Source: an uncultured Methanosarcinales archaeon (GTDB lineage Archaea; Nanobdellota; Nanobdellia; Woesearchaeales; CAZYIM01). Taken from it: a stretch of DNA of 64,000 nucleotides. Positions 27,410-37,620 of the stretch are shown piece by piece. Made by a program: the position numbers and the translations under genes. Below the pieces are notes generated by a model. That model searched no databases. It had not been told where the DNA came from and worked only from the letters and a program-made list of their open reading frames with translations. Location: the NCBI GenBank assembly GCA_964647565.1, contig CAZYIM010000002.1, positions 69,222 through 133,221 on the forward strand, read 5' to 3'. Within the stretch, counting starts at the first letter, position 1, and each line of letters opens with the position of its first letter.

Positions 27410-29031
27410 CATTCGAATTATTTGGCAAGAAGGTTTCTGGAATGTTCACCATACCTTCTGGCATAGTTACAACAAACGTTTCTACAATTGAATTAATAGC
27501 CAATGAGATAGCTGAGATTGGTATCATAACTACTAAGAGCATTGGTCCTGAGCCCAGAAAAGGCAATGTTGAGCCCATCTTGACTCAATATGCGCCAGGC
27601 AGCTTTATGAATGCTGTTGGATTAACCAATCCTGGGGCAGATGAGTTTGCTGAGCAGCTGAAACATCTTAAGCTTCCTAAGGATAAGTTTCTCTTAACCT
27701 CTATCTTTGGAAAAGATGTATCCGAGTTTGTTGATGTAGCGGAAAAACTTGCACCTTATTCAGATGGTCTTGAGTTGAATCTGTCCTGCCCTCATGCTGA
27801 AGGCTATGGCATGGCTATTGGCCAGGATGCTGACTTGGTCTGGAGATATGTAAAGGCAGTAAAAGAAAATGTTAATATACCTGTCATTCCCAAGCTTACA
27901 CCTAATGTTTCCAATATTGGTGAAATTGCCAAGGCTGCAAAAGATGCAGGTGCTGATGCGATTTGTGCTATCAATACAGTAGGCCCGGGCTATTTTACAA
28001 TAGATAGCCACCCTGTTTTGACCAATCGTGTTGGTGGCATGTCAGGTGTTAGTATTGTGCCTATTGGCCTGAAGTGTGTAAAAGATATATCTGAAGTAGT
28101 GGACATCCCAATAATTGCTGTGGGTGGTATAAGCGGCGCTAATGATGTTAGGGCTTATGCAGATGCAGGTGCATCTTTCTTTGGAGTGGGCAGTGCCCTT
28201 GCAGGTATGAGTACTCAAAACCTAAAAAACTATTTCCGTTTGCTTCAACAAGATATTGAGGAACAGACTGATTGGGTCAAGAATTTCTCCTCACTTGTTG
28301 ATATGAGCTTTAAGCAATATGAACTTCAAAAGAATAATAAACTTGCAGAAGATATGTCTTTATTGGTTTTTGACCAGGATATCAATACAAGACCTGGCCA
28401 GTTTGTATTTGCTTGGATACCTGGTAAAGGTGAAAAACCATTCTCTGTTTTAGATGATAAACCATTGACCTTGGCTGTAAAAGATTACGGATGTTTCTCC
28501 CACGAGCTTCTAAACTTGAAGCCGGGTTCAAAGGTTTATTTTAGGGGTCCCTATGGGATATCTGTTACAAAACAAGAGGGAGTGCAGCCTGTGCTGGTTT
28601 CAGGTGGTACAGGCTTTGCTGCCCTTTATCAGATTGCCAAGATGTATAAAGATCCGTATATGATAATGGGAGCTAAGGATAAGGAACATCTTTTTTATCT
28701 GGAGGAGGCACAGCAGCAGGGTCTTGTCAGTGTGATCACTGAGGACGGCAGCCACGGATATAAGGGTGTTGTGACAGACATCCTTGAAGAATGCATGATC
28801 GGCAACAAGGGCCCTGAATGGACATGGGATGGCAAGTTGGTCTTCTATAACTGCGGCCCAAAGGCAATGATTGATGCGATCATGCCCATTGAGCTGACCT
28901 TTACCTCGCCGGCGAACATTTACAACTCAATAGACTATGTCACCAAATGTGGTGTTGGCATCTGTGGCAGCTGTTCATCAGATGATGGCAGAAGAATCTG
29001 TGTTGACGGTCCATTCTTGGAGCAAAAATGA
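27406..29031 (+). CDS. pyrD: dihydroorotate dehydrogenase fused to PyrK electron-transfer domain
   Basis: TTKS, NAVGLTNPG, ELNLSCPH, KLTPN, INT; then PGQF, EKPFS, GPYG, GGTG and CGVGICGSC...CVDGP. Confidence 0.9.
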   Translation: MTFELFGKKVSGMFTIPSGIVTTNVSTIELIANEIAEIGIITTKSIGPEPRKGNVEPILTQYAPGSFMNAVGLTNPGADEFAEQLKHLKLPKDKFLLTSIFGKDVSEFVDVAEKLAPYSDGLELNLSCPHAEGYGMAIGQDADLVWRYVKAVKENVNIPVIPKLTPNVSNIGEIAKAAKDAGADAICAINTVGPGYFTIDSHPVLTNRVGGMSGVSIVPIGLKCVKDISEVVDIPIIAVGGISGANDVRAYADAGASFFGVGSALAGMSTQNLKNYFRLLQQDIEEQTDWVKNFSSLVDMSFKQYELQKNNKLAEDMSLLVFDQDINTRPGQFVFAWIPGKGEKPFSVLDDKPLTLAVKDYGCFSHELLNLKPGSKVYFRGPYGISVTKQEGVQPVLVSGGTGFAALYQIAKMYKDPYMIMGAKDKEHLFYLEEAQQQGLVSVITEDGSHGYKGVVTDILEECMIGNKGPEWTWDGKLVFYNCGPKAMIDAIMPIELTFTSPANIYNSIDYVTKCGVGICGSCSSDDGRRICVDGPFLEQK

Positions 29032-29978
29032 GAATCGATCCTCATGTGCATTTTAGGGATGGAGAACAAGATTATAAAGAGACCATCAGGCACGGACTTA
29101 AGGTAGCGCGAGAGCAGAAGGTAGATATTGTCTTTGATATGCCAAATACATCACCGCCAATTCTTAATCAGCAGGATGTTGAAGCAAGATTAAAGCTGGT
29201 CCCTGATGGTCAAGAGAACAGGTATTTTATGTATGTTGGTGCAACTACTGATGATTTTCAGTTGGCAGAGGCTGTTCACTTGGCTGAGTCACATAAAAAC
29301 GTAATAGGGATCAAACTCTACGCAGGTAAGTTGACAGGAGATTTGACAGTTATTTCCCAGACACAGCAAAGAAACATATATCGAAGCTTAGTCAATAATG
29401 AATATAAAGGTGTGTTGGCTGTACATTGTGAAAAAGAGAGCCTCTTCAAAGATGTCTTTAATCCTTATGTTCCAGACACTCACGGAAGAGCTCGTCCAAA
29501 AGAGGCTGAGATCGAATCGATCAAAGACCAGATACGCTTTTCTAAGGATGTTCGCTTTCAGGGGCAGTTGCACATCTGTCATGTTTCCTGTCCGGAGTCT
29601 GTCAGGGAGATTGATTTTGCCCGAAAACAGATGTGGATATCCTGCGGTGTTACGCCTCACCATCTTCTCTGGGATGAGGAATACTTAAAGGGAGATGAAG
29701 GATTGATTTACAAGACCAATCCGCCTCTTAGAAGTTCCTCGGATGTTTTGGCCCTTAGGGAACAGTTGAAAAGAGGATTAATAGATTGGATCGAAACAGA
29801 TCATGCCCCACATACAATTGGTGAGAAACTCTACGGTCCCTACCCTTCTGGATTTCCTTCTCTCTATCTATATAGGGATTTTGTTGAAAACTGGATGCCG
29901 ATGCAGGGCATTGACAAAAAGAGGATTGAGGATATGACCTATAACAATATCATGCATGCTTTTGAACTATTTTTATAA
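29028..29978 (+). CDS. pyrC: dihydroorotase
   Basis: DPHVHFRD, DMPNT, HCE, HICHVS, NPPLR, TDHAPH motifs. Confidence 0.92.
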   Translation: MRIDPHVHFRDGEQDYKETIRHGLKVAREQKVDIVFDMPNTSPPILNQQDVEARLKLVPDGQENRYFMYVGATTDDFQLAEAVHLAESHKNVIGIKLYAGKLTGDLTVISQTQQRNIYRSLVNNEYKGVLAVHCEKESLFKDVFNPYVPDTHGRARPKEAEIESIKDQIRFSKDVRFQGQLHICHVSCPESVREIDFARKQMWISCGVTPHHLLWDEEYLKGDEGLIYKTNPPLRSSSDVLALREQLKRGLIDWIETDHAPHTIGEKLYGPYPSGFPSLYLYRDFVENWMPMQGIDKKRIEDMTYNNIMHAFELFL

Positions 29979-29996
29979 CTTTATGAGGTGGAAACT

Positions 29997-30758
29997 ATGG
30001 AACTGAATGAAAAGGAAAGACTGGCAAGGCAGAGGGTTTGTTTGCCCCTGGATAATTTGACTACTCTTGAAAAATTGACAGAACGGGTCGAGGAGTTGAG
30101 CCCTGTTGTTGGAATCTATAAGATTGGCAAGGGTTCATTCACCAGGTTTGGCCACGATGCATTGGATATTGTTGAGGAACATGGTGCTGAGTTTTTCCTG
30201 GATCTCAAATATCATGATATACCCAATACTGTTAAGGATGCTGCGATGGCAGCGACTGAGATTGGCGCCTATATGTTCAATGTGCATGCGCTGGGTGGCT
30301 ATGCCATGATGAAGGCTGCAAGAGAGGGGGTTGATGAAGCAAGTGAGACGTACTTAGGATTAAGGAAGCCTATTGCCCTGGCAGTGACCATTTTGACCAG
30401 CATTGAACAGGATATCCTGAAAAAAGAGCTGAAGATAGATCTGTCTGTTGAGGAGATGGTATTGCATCTTGCCAGGCTTGCAGAAAAAGCAGGCATGGAT
30501 GGTATTGTATGTTCTGCTGCTGATTTGGCATATGTAAAAGATCTATTGCCTGATGATTTTGTCTATGTGACTCCTGGCATCAAGGGCCCAAGGACGCCTG
30601 CTGGCACTGACCAAAAAAGGGTCTTTACACCTGGCAATGCAATCCAGGACGGTTCCAGCATCCTGGTTGTCGGAAGGGCTATTACCGGCCCGCCAACAAA
30701 AGAAGAAAGACTGCAGGCAGGCCATGAAGTCTTGCAGGACATGGCTAAATATTTGTAG
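29997..30758 (+). CDS. pyrF: orotidine-5'-phosphate decarboxylase
   Basis: FLDLKYHDIPNTV, VTILTS, TPGI, DQKR, VGRAI motifs. Confidence 0.95.
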   Translation: MELNEKERLARQRVCLPLDNLTTLEKLTERVEELSPVVGIYKIGKGSFTRFGHDALDIVEEHGAEFFLDLKYHDIPNTVKDAAMAATEIGAYMFNVHALGGYAMMKAAREGVDEASETYLGLRKPIALAVTILTSIEQDILKKELKIDLSVEEMVLHLARLAEKAGMDGIVCSAADLAYVKDLLPDDFVYVTPGIKGPRTPAGTDQKRVFTPGNAIQDGSSILVVGRAITGPPTKEERLQAGHEVLQDMAKYL

Positions 30759-30843
30759 ACTAGATATTAATTGGTCAAGTAATTACTATGAGATAGTCAC
30801 AAATCACAATATTTATAAGATATTTTCCCTTTCTATGCCTAAA

Positions 30844-31533
30844 ATGGCAAGCTTATTCAGAAAATCACTACCCTTTCTGCTATTCACAGCTATATCAGTC
30901 GGAAGTTTCAACTGCATGAAGGTTGATCCTGCACAAAAAGAGCAGAAACAACAAGAACCTTTGCCTGAAGCAAAAGAGCTGGCAGGACTGCCTCCAGTCG
31001 AGCAGCTTGACACCCTTGTCAAGATGAACTCCAAGGATTATGTTGCCTTGATGAAGCAAGAGATTAGGAAATATAAAGGTGAAGTCAAGATTGGTATGGA
31101 TGTCCAATGGCTAAAACCTGATGGCGATTTCATGATAGATTTTGATTTTACAGGCAACACAGAAAAGGGTTGGAACTATGACTGTAAGTTTAATAGATGG
31201 TGCAGGCCAGGTTATTCTCCTAATGATAAGATAAAACAAGCTGAATTTAAAAAAGATGATTGTACAATTAAATATACTAAAGAATCTTTAGAGCCTCAGA
31301 AGATCTGGCTTGATGGTGTGCTGTTTGATGAAGAGAAGCATGAAGGTGAAAAGTTCGACCAGGCCCTTTACCTTGTCAATCAGAAAATAATAACAGCTAA
31401 AGAGGATTTCAAAGAAAAGGCTCCTGCATTCTACCATCTGATATTCAATACAAAGGTAGTTGTATCCAGTGAACGACACTTCTATACCAACGAGCAGATG
31501 GATGTAGCCAGGAAACATCTTGATGCGCAATAG
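30844..31533 (+). CDS. secreted or lipoprotein-like hypothetical protein
   Basis: Signal-like N-terminus ending GSFNC. Confidence 0.6.
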   Translation: MASLFRKSLPFLLFTAISVGSFNCMKVDPAQKEQKQQEPLPEAKELAGLPPVEQLDTLVKMNSKDYVALMKQEIRKYKGEVKIGMDVQWLKPDGDFMIDFDFTGNTEKGWNYDCKFNRWCRPGYSPNDKIKQAEFKKDDCTIKYTKESLEPQKIWLDGVLFDEEKHEGEKFDQALYLVNQKIITAKEDFKEKAPAFYHLIFNTKVVVSSERHFYTNEQMDVARKHLDAQ

Positions 31534-33034
31534 GTTTCTTCCGATGAAATGCCAACAAATTATTGAAGCTTTAGAAAACCTGTCAGAGGATTCTATCAGG
31601 CGCATGGATGACAAGGACATAGACTATCTGGCTGATAAAGGCCTTCTTGAAAAGATCGATTCTTATGAATTCAGGAAACAGAATGAAGACTATCTGGTGC
31701 TCAGCTCGCTGAGAGATACTGAGACCAAGCTGATTGGAGAGCTTGATAAGATCCAGGTCGAGCTGGCTGATGTATCTCGCAAGATGGGTGGCTGGATATA
31801 TAAACGGAAACATAAGGAATATAGCAATCAATACATGATTGATAGCAGCCATAAGTTAACTGTTGAGAGGGGCATAGAGAGGAAAAAAGGAGACCTTGAA
31901 CATATCCGCAAGAGGATAAAGACTGGCGAATCCCAGAAAGAAAATCAAGGACTGTTTATCAGGGTATTTGGCGGCTCATCCTATGTTAAGGCGACAGATC
32001 TTGGTGATTTTAGGATCAGGCAGTTCTCGATCCGTGATCCAGATTTTCTCCAGTCCACTGATTATGAGGTTTTTGAAGAGGATTTTTTGCCTATCCAGGA
32101 CAGGTACAACAGATTTTCAGATGCTTATGACTTCCTGACCACCAAAAAGGGATTTGATACTGATAATACTGAGGTGTCAGATTTTACAGTGGCTTTCAGC
32201 AATTTTAGCGGAGAGTTTGAGTCTATATATGCAAGGGTCGATACTATTGACAGGTTCCTTATCTCGCAGATGGATTGCAGCAAAGATGATACAGAAAGGC
32301 TGATCACAATTTCAATGCTGATGGATATGGGCCGGGATCTCCATGATAATCTCAATGAGCTCAAGAAAGTCTATCAGATAATGCGGGATGATGGGCATTC
32401 AGACAGCTATGGAACACTCTCTGAAGCTGCAGGCATCATCAGGATAAAGGGTGTTAATGCACAGGCAAAATATGATCGTTTTAACAAAATAAGGGATGAG
32501 TTGAATAAAAGGCAATGGAGTAGTGGCTCTAGCGCCACTTGCTATGTTGCAGCCAACCTTGGACAGATGACTGGTGACGAAGAGGCTCTTGCAGAAGAGT
32601 TTAGGGAACAGGAAAAGGTTATTGAAGCCAAAACAAACGACAGTAACGTCCAGACTGGTTTGGCTGCATTGATGCTGATGGATGCCAGCGGTTCAAGAGA
32701 GGCAAAAGCAGACAGGTTCTATACTGCCTATAAACTAATGACCAACAAATATAATTTCGACGATGACTCTGATAACTATGCTCCTGCAGCAGTTATCTCC
32801 CTGATGCCAGGGGATCTGGAAGAAAATATCCAATGGTTGAGGGATACAGTTGAGCTGTTCAAGGATGACGGAGGTAGTGAGTCTAAATCAGTCAATCGGG
32901 CCCTTGATGTCATAGGCGCCCAGTTCGATGATATTCTCAGGTACCAGCGGCCCAGACGTAGAAGTTCGTACAGGTCAAGTAGTTATAGCAGTTCTTCAAG
33001 CAGTTTTAGTCCGTTTAATTTTTTTGGATTCTAG
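31520..33034 (+). CDS. hypothetical coiled-coil and helical-repeat protein
   Basis: 504 aa; repeated helical units; Ser-rich tail. Confidence 0.65.
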   Translation: MMRNRFLPMKCQQIIEALENLSEDSIRRMDDKDIDYLADKGLLEKIDSYEFRKQNEDYLVLSSLRDTETKLIGELDKIQVELADVSRKMGGWIYKRKHKEYSNQYMIDSSHKLTVERGIERKKGDLEHIRKRIKTGESQKENQGLFIRVFGGSSYVKATDLGDFRIRQFSIRDPDFLQSTDYEVFEEDFLPIQDRYNRFSDAYDFLTTKKGFDTDNTEVSDFTVAFSNFSGEFESIYARVDTIDRFLISQMDCSKDDTERLITISMLMDMGRDLHDNLNELKKVYQIMRDDGHSDSYGTLSEAAGIIRIKGVNAQAKYDRFNKIRDELNKRQWSSGSSATCYVAANLGQMTGDEEALAEEFREQEKVIEAKTNDSNVQTGLAALMLMDASGSREAKADRFYTAYKLMTNKYNFDDDSDNYAPAAVISLMPGDLEENIQWLRDTVELFKDDGGSESKSVNRALDVIGAQFDDILRYQRPRRRSSYRSSSYSSSSSSFSPFNFFGF

Positions 33035-34174
33035 GATCAATCCAAGCTCTTCTAATTTTCCTATCTTTTCTTCAGCTGATTCCGGACTCTCTTTTTCAAG
33101 CCTTGCAACCCTGCGGAGATATAGCTTTGCAAGATCACTGAACTTATTCTGGTATTTTGGCTTGATAGCCTCTAACTCCTCCCATCTAAACTCACCATCC
33201 CAAAGCCTTGCCCAGATAGGTCGGTTTACCAGTGAGGTGAACAGATGATCATCATCCAAGCCAAACTCTTCAGATTCTTTGTCTGCAAGTGTTTGCATCA
33301 CCTTGCTAAAATCTGTGTTTAGGATATTGCCTGCAAGTTTCCGATTAAATGAGAGGGGCATATAGTGGCTTATATCCCCTGAATTGTCCAGGAATGCATA
33401 GATGGGCTTGGGATCCATCCTGCCCACAAAGGTTATCCGGTCGTCATTCAGGCTTTTCATCTGCTCTTCGACCAACAAGAAATTTGCAAAGAGATAATCT
33501 GTATATCCCTTTTCTTCTGTCCCAGGCCTGCAGAGAATATTGCGATCATCCCATTCTTTATTTATCTGGTCTGTTTCTTTGGGACCTTTTACTAGTTTTG
33601 CCTTATCAAAGACTCTTCTGTCTCTCAGGTCCTCATTATATTCATACACCCGCCAGTAGTTGAAATCATGTTGATTGATGAACTTGTAAACATTTTTCAT
33701 GTCATTCTTGTTGGGATCTGCAAAGACAGTGTGATAACCAAGAGTAATATTTTTTTTATTGATATCTCTTGCAAGATAGAGCAGCTTATGGAATGTCTTC
33801 ATGAAGCTATCTCCTCTCAGCTCTTTTTGGACAGCTCTTCTTGTCGTGTCAATAGGAAGAGCTATATCATCGACAAGGCCTGTAAGTTCATTAAGTCTTT
33901 TGTCATCCAACAGGATGCCGTTGGTGTGAAGGCTTACATAGACACCTCCATCCTTCAAGATTCGCAGGGCGTCATCCAACTCCCTGACAAGCAATGGCTC
34001 TCCGCCAGTTATGGTCGTTTGCTTAATGCCATTATCGACTAGAATTCCTGCCAGACTGGTAAGCCTTTGGCCAGCCTCACTGTAATATGTCTCTGGCTTA
34101 AAGCAATAAGAACACTCAGGATCAATGTTACACCTGCCGGTAACATACCAATGAATATGCTCGCCAACCACCAT
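32996..34174 (-). CDS. radical SAM protein, viperin-like features
   Basis: CNIDPECSYC (CX5CX2C), TGGEP, HTNG, YWRVYE, YAFLDNSG motifs. Confidence 0.8.
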   Translation of the reverse strand: MVVGEHIHWYVTGRCNIDPECSYCFKPETYYSEAGQRLTSLAGILVDNGIKQTTITGGEPLLVRELDDALRILKDGGVYVSLHTNGILLDDKRLNELTGLVDDIALPIDTTRRAVQKELRGDSFMKTFHKLLYLARDINKKNITLGYHTVFADPNKNDMKNVYKFINQHDFNYWRVYEYNEDLRDRRVFDKAKLVKGPKETDQINKEWDDRNILCRPGTEEKGYTDYLFANFLLVEEQMKSLNDDRITFVGRMDPKPIYAFLDNSGDISHYMPLSFNRKLAGNILNTDFSKVMQTLADKESEEFGLDDDHLFTSLVNRPIWARLWDGEFRWEELEAIKPKYQNKFSDLAKLYLRRVARLEKESPESAEEKIGKLEELGLILESKKIKRTKTA

Positions 34175-34212
34175 ATTATCTAGAAACTAAAGCAGGGTAA
34201 TAAATGTTTTGT

Positions 34213-34545
34213 TCAATCCCTTTCAAGAGGCTTGTAATTGAACTCGACCAGGTCCCCGACCTGCCTGTGGAGATCATCAAGCGCCCTTTTATCCTTTTCA
34301 CTGGATGAAGTGACTTTGAGTTTTACCTGGTACCCTTCGCCAGCAGTCTTGGCTTTTTCCTGCAATGTTGCATAAAGCCCGATGATTTTGTTTCGAGCCT
34401 CTTCAGCATTGTCATGCCATTCACCCTTTAGTGTGATGCTGACCTGGCCGCCCTTGTAGTTGGGTGCGATCCTGTCTGCAGTTGCTGCCATAGGTTCTTC
34501 GTTGAAAAGCTCTTCCCAAGTTACTTCGTGAGTTTCGTCTGTCAT
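34213..34545 (-). CDS. hypothetical protein
   Basis: 110-aa ORF with upstream TATA. Confidence 0.6.
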   Translation of the reverse strand: MTDETHEVTWEELFNEEPMAATADRIAPNYKGGQVSITLKGEWHDNAEEARNKIIGLYATLQEKAKTAGEGYQVKLKVTSSSEKDKRALDDLHRQVGDLVEFNYKPLERD

Positions 34546-34590
34546 GATAATCAGCTAAGAAAACTAATATTTAAACCTTATGGAAAACTA

Positions 34591-34938
34591 TTAAAAAGGA
34601 AATCCTCTGTGCAGTCGATAGCCTGCGAGATGCTTATCCTTGAGATCCAGTATATGAAATCTCTTTTTAAAATAATCCTCAAATACAATGAATTGATAGT
34701 TGTCAATAGAATCCTTTAGATTGCGATAATTTTCTTTGTACCAGGTATCATAGTCTTTGTTGCTTATTTTTCTTTGATCAACGTTTTTTAGCATCCCTTT
34801 CCATTCTTTTAGCTTCTGGTCGATGCCTATCTCTTCTTTAGAATGCATAGATGTTTCGCCATAATCCATGACCCTGAAGCGGATGCTGTCTGGCAGCATG
34901 CCAAGAAACTGATCAAGATAATATTCAAACATAACCAA
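34591..34938 (-). CDS. hypothetical protein
   Basis: 115-aa ORF with upstream TATA. Confidence 0.55.
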   Translation of the reverse strand: MVMFEYYLDQFLGMLPDSIRFRVMDYGETSMHSKEEIGIDQKLKEWKGMLKNVDQRKISNKDYDTWYKENYRNLKDSIDNYQFIVFEDYFKKRFHILDLKDKHLAGYRLHRGFPF

Positions 34939-35029
34939 AAGAAATGGTTTGAACTATTTAAAGCTTAGGATAGTCACACTAAAATCACATCAAAAATTAT
35001 TTATAGTATTTAGGCGCAGTTTAAATCTG

Positions 35030-35797
35030 ATGAAAAAACTAAAGATTGGCATCTTCTCTTTTACATCCTGTGAAGGCTGCCAGATAATCATGATAAATGC
35101 CAAGGAGCTTTTTGGAAAGCTCTTTGAGATAGTGAACCTGGCCCACCTGCCAATAATACAGGAGAAAAACCAGGAAGGTCCGTATGATGTTGTCTTTGTC
35201 GAGGGTGCAATAACCTTCAAGAAGCAGGTCAAGGTGTTGCAGGATCTGAGAAAACAGGCCAAATACTTAATAGCTTTTGGCACATGCGCGACCTTTGGAG
35301 GCGTCAGTGCAATCCGTGATCTTGACAGGGATTTTCGCGATAAGGATATCTTCAAGGAATTTAATTTTCTAGATACTTTGAATGTTCGAAGCCTGGATAA
35401 TCATGTCAAGGTTGATTATCATCTTCGAGGCTGTCCGCCGACACATGATGAATTCATAAGAGTCATTGAGTCCCTGCGCAAAAAATCTTTTCCAGAAGAG
35501 TATGAGAAAGCTGTTTGCGTTGAATGCAGGAAAAAAGGAAATCCTTGCCTGTTGGCTAATGGGCAGCAATGTCTGGGCCCTGTCACTTGTGGCGGCTGTG
35601 ATGCGCTTTGTACATCAAAAGGTATTGTCTGTTATGGGTGTCGTGGGCCAGTAAAAAAGGCCAACATGGATAGATTGGTAAGGCTCTTTGAGAAGAGAGG
35701 ACTGACTGCAAGACAGATTGCAGAGATGTTCATGATCTTTGCAGGCACATCCAAAAGATATGAGAAATTCGTGAAAAAAGTATGGCAGAAACAATAA
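35030..35797 (+). CDS. [NiFe] hydrogenase small subunit (group 3b delta-like)
   Basis: SCEGC, VEGA, FGTCA.FGG, GCPP, CVEC, CLGP...GC...C...CYGCRG motifs. Confidence 0.9.
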   Translation: MKKLKIGIFSFTSCEGCQIIMINAKELFGKLFEIVNLAHLPIIQEKNQEGPYDVVFVEGAITFKKQVKVLQDLRKQAKYLIAFGTCATFGGVSAIRDLDRDFRDKDIFKEFNFLDTLNVRSLDNHVKVDYHLRGCPPTHDEFIRVIESLRKKSFPEEYEKAVCVECRKKGNPCLLANGQQCLGPVTCGGCDALCTSKGIVCYGCRGPVKKANMDRLVRLFEKRGLTARQIAEMFMIFAGTSKRYEKFVKKVWQKQ

Positions 35798-37038
35798 AAC
35801 TGAATTACCTGACCAAGATAGAAGGCCATGCCAAATTGGCAATCAAGATAGATAAGGGCAGGGTTAAAGATGTCAACCTGCAGGTCTTTGAGGGTGCGCG
35901 TTTCTTTGAGGGTCTTATAGAGGGCATGCAGGTCAAGAGGGCGCCAGTCATTACATCAAGGATATGCGGTGTCTGCAGCCAGGCGCATATCATTGCCTCG
36001 TATCAGGCGATAGAAACGGCCTTTGATATCAGGGTTACTAAGCAAACAAAGCAGATGAGGAAGCTATTGCTCTATTCCTCGATTGTACAAAGTCATGTAC
36101 TTCACGCCTTCCTTATGTGTCTTCCTGATTATTATAATATCAAGACAGCTGTTGATTTTGCCAGGAAACATGCATCGACAGTCAAGCTAGCATTGAAGAT
36201 CAAGAGCCTTTCTGGCAGGATATTGGAGATGATCGGCGGCAGAGAGGTGCATTCAGTAACCTGCAGGGTTGGAGGCTTTAAGATATTCCCATCGCAGCAA
36301 GCCCTGGACTGTCTCTTGCAATTGCTCAAAAAAGAGGTAAAACACATTTCATCTGAATTTGGCAGGCTGTTTCCCAAACTTCAAAATCCTGAGTTTGAGA
36401 GCAATACAGAGTTTGTTGCCTTGCAAAAAAACAAGATCAAGACCTCTTCTGGCAATAGCTTTGATATTGAGCAATATAGGGATATGCTTGATTTCTACAT
36501 AAAGAAGAATTCCAGCTCCAAGTTTATCACATTGGATGACAAGAAGCTGATGACATCTGCCCTTAGCAGGTTGAACATCAATAAAAAAAGCATGAACCCT
36601 CTTGCATCTGCTTTCCTGGCCAGACTCAATCTTAAGTTGCCAAGCAACAACCCGTTTGACAATGTCCAATGCCAGGCAGTCGAGATCATCCATTACCTGG
36701 AGGAGTGCATAACTATTCTTGAAAACATGAAGATTAGGCACCAGGAAAAGATTCAATTCAAGGCTAAAGGTGATGTAAAGGGTCTTTCTGCAGTTGAGGT
36801 TCCAAGAGGCGTCCTATTTCACGGATACAGGATAAAGGATGGACAGGTAAAGAGATGCCGTATCATAACGCCGACCACCCAGAACATCCAGAGCATCGAG
36901 GATGATATCAAAGCATTTCTGCCAATGCTGATGCACCTAAAAAAGGAGGAGATCATATTCAATCTCGAAAGACTTGTTAGGGCTTATGATCCTTGTATCA
37001 GCTGCTCGACGCACTTTCTGAAAGTAGAGGGATTATAG
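35782..37038 (+). CDS. [NiFe] hydrogenase large subunit (group 3b alpha-like)
   Basis: IEGH, RFFE, L1 RICGVC, EVPRG, L2 YDPCISCSTH plus short C-terminal extension. Confidence 0.92.
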   Translation: MAETIKLNYLTKIEGHAKLAIKIDKGRVKDVNLQVFEGARFFEGLIEGMQVKRAPVITSRICGVCSQAHIIASYQAIETAFDIRVTKQTKQMRKLLLYSSIVQSHVLHAFLMCLPDYYNIKTAVDFARKHASTVKLALKIKSLSGRILEMIGGREVHSVTCRVGGFKIFPSQQALDCLLQLLKKEVKHISSEFGRLFPKLQNPEFESNTEFVALQKNKIKTSSGNSFDIEQYRDMLDFYIKKNSSSKFITLDDKKLMTSALSRLNINKKSMNPLASAFLARLNLKLPSNNPFDNVQCQAVEIIHYLEECITILENMKIRHQEKIQFKAKGDVKGLSAVEVPRGVLFHGYRIKDGQVKRCRIITPTTQNIQSIEDDIKAFLPMLMHLKKEEIIFNLERLVRAYDPCISCSTHFLKVEGL

Positions 37039-37145
37039 AGATCTGAGATAGATATTTTTTATCATTATTTAGTAGTATATAAACGAAAAGTTTAAAAGCA
37101 AACAGACAATCTCAGTGCCCAATCTTAATAAAAAACTATGGGAAG

Positions 37146-37475
37146 GTGGAACAAATGGGAGCAACACAGGATAATATGGATGTAGTAAAGGAGATAAACA
37201 AGGGCGTAATGAAAACTTTATTGACCAATTATGTTAGTGGAGTGACAACGCCATTGCTGGGGCCGAAAGCTTGGAAAAAGGGAAAACAAGCCGTAGCTAA
37301 TATTGAAACAACTATTAAAAACGCATGTCATAGAGACCAAATAACCAAGGAGACTGCAGCTGATGCTATAACTGGCAATGTTTTATTTTATAATTTAGCT
37401 TATGGTACTGGTGTAGGGACGACCTTGAGTGTTATTGCTGCTGCTAGCATGATGTATGTGCAAAATATGTTTTGA
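37146..37475 (+). CDS. hypothetical membrane protein
   Basis: 109 aa with hydrophobic C-terminus. Confidence 0.55.
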   Translation: MEQMGATQDNMDVVKEINKGVMKTLLTNYVSGVTTPLLGPKAWKKGKQAVANIETTIKNACHRDQITKETAADAITGNVLFYNLAYGTGVGTTLSVIAAASMMYVQNMF

Positions 37476-37620
37476 TTGTTGAAAATTGCCTGTACCTGCG
37501 GTATTGTTGCTACAGACTTTCACAAATACAGAAAATTCTCTACTTTTAAGTGATAAAAATAGAAACATTTATAAATGAGTGAGACTCTGTATGATTCTTA
37601 TGCGTTTTAGACGAGGTAAT

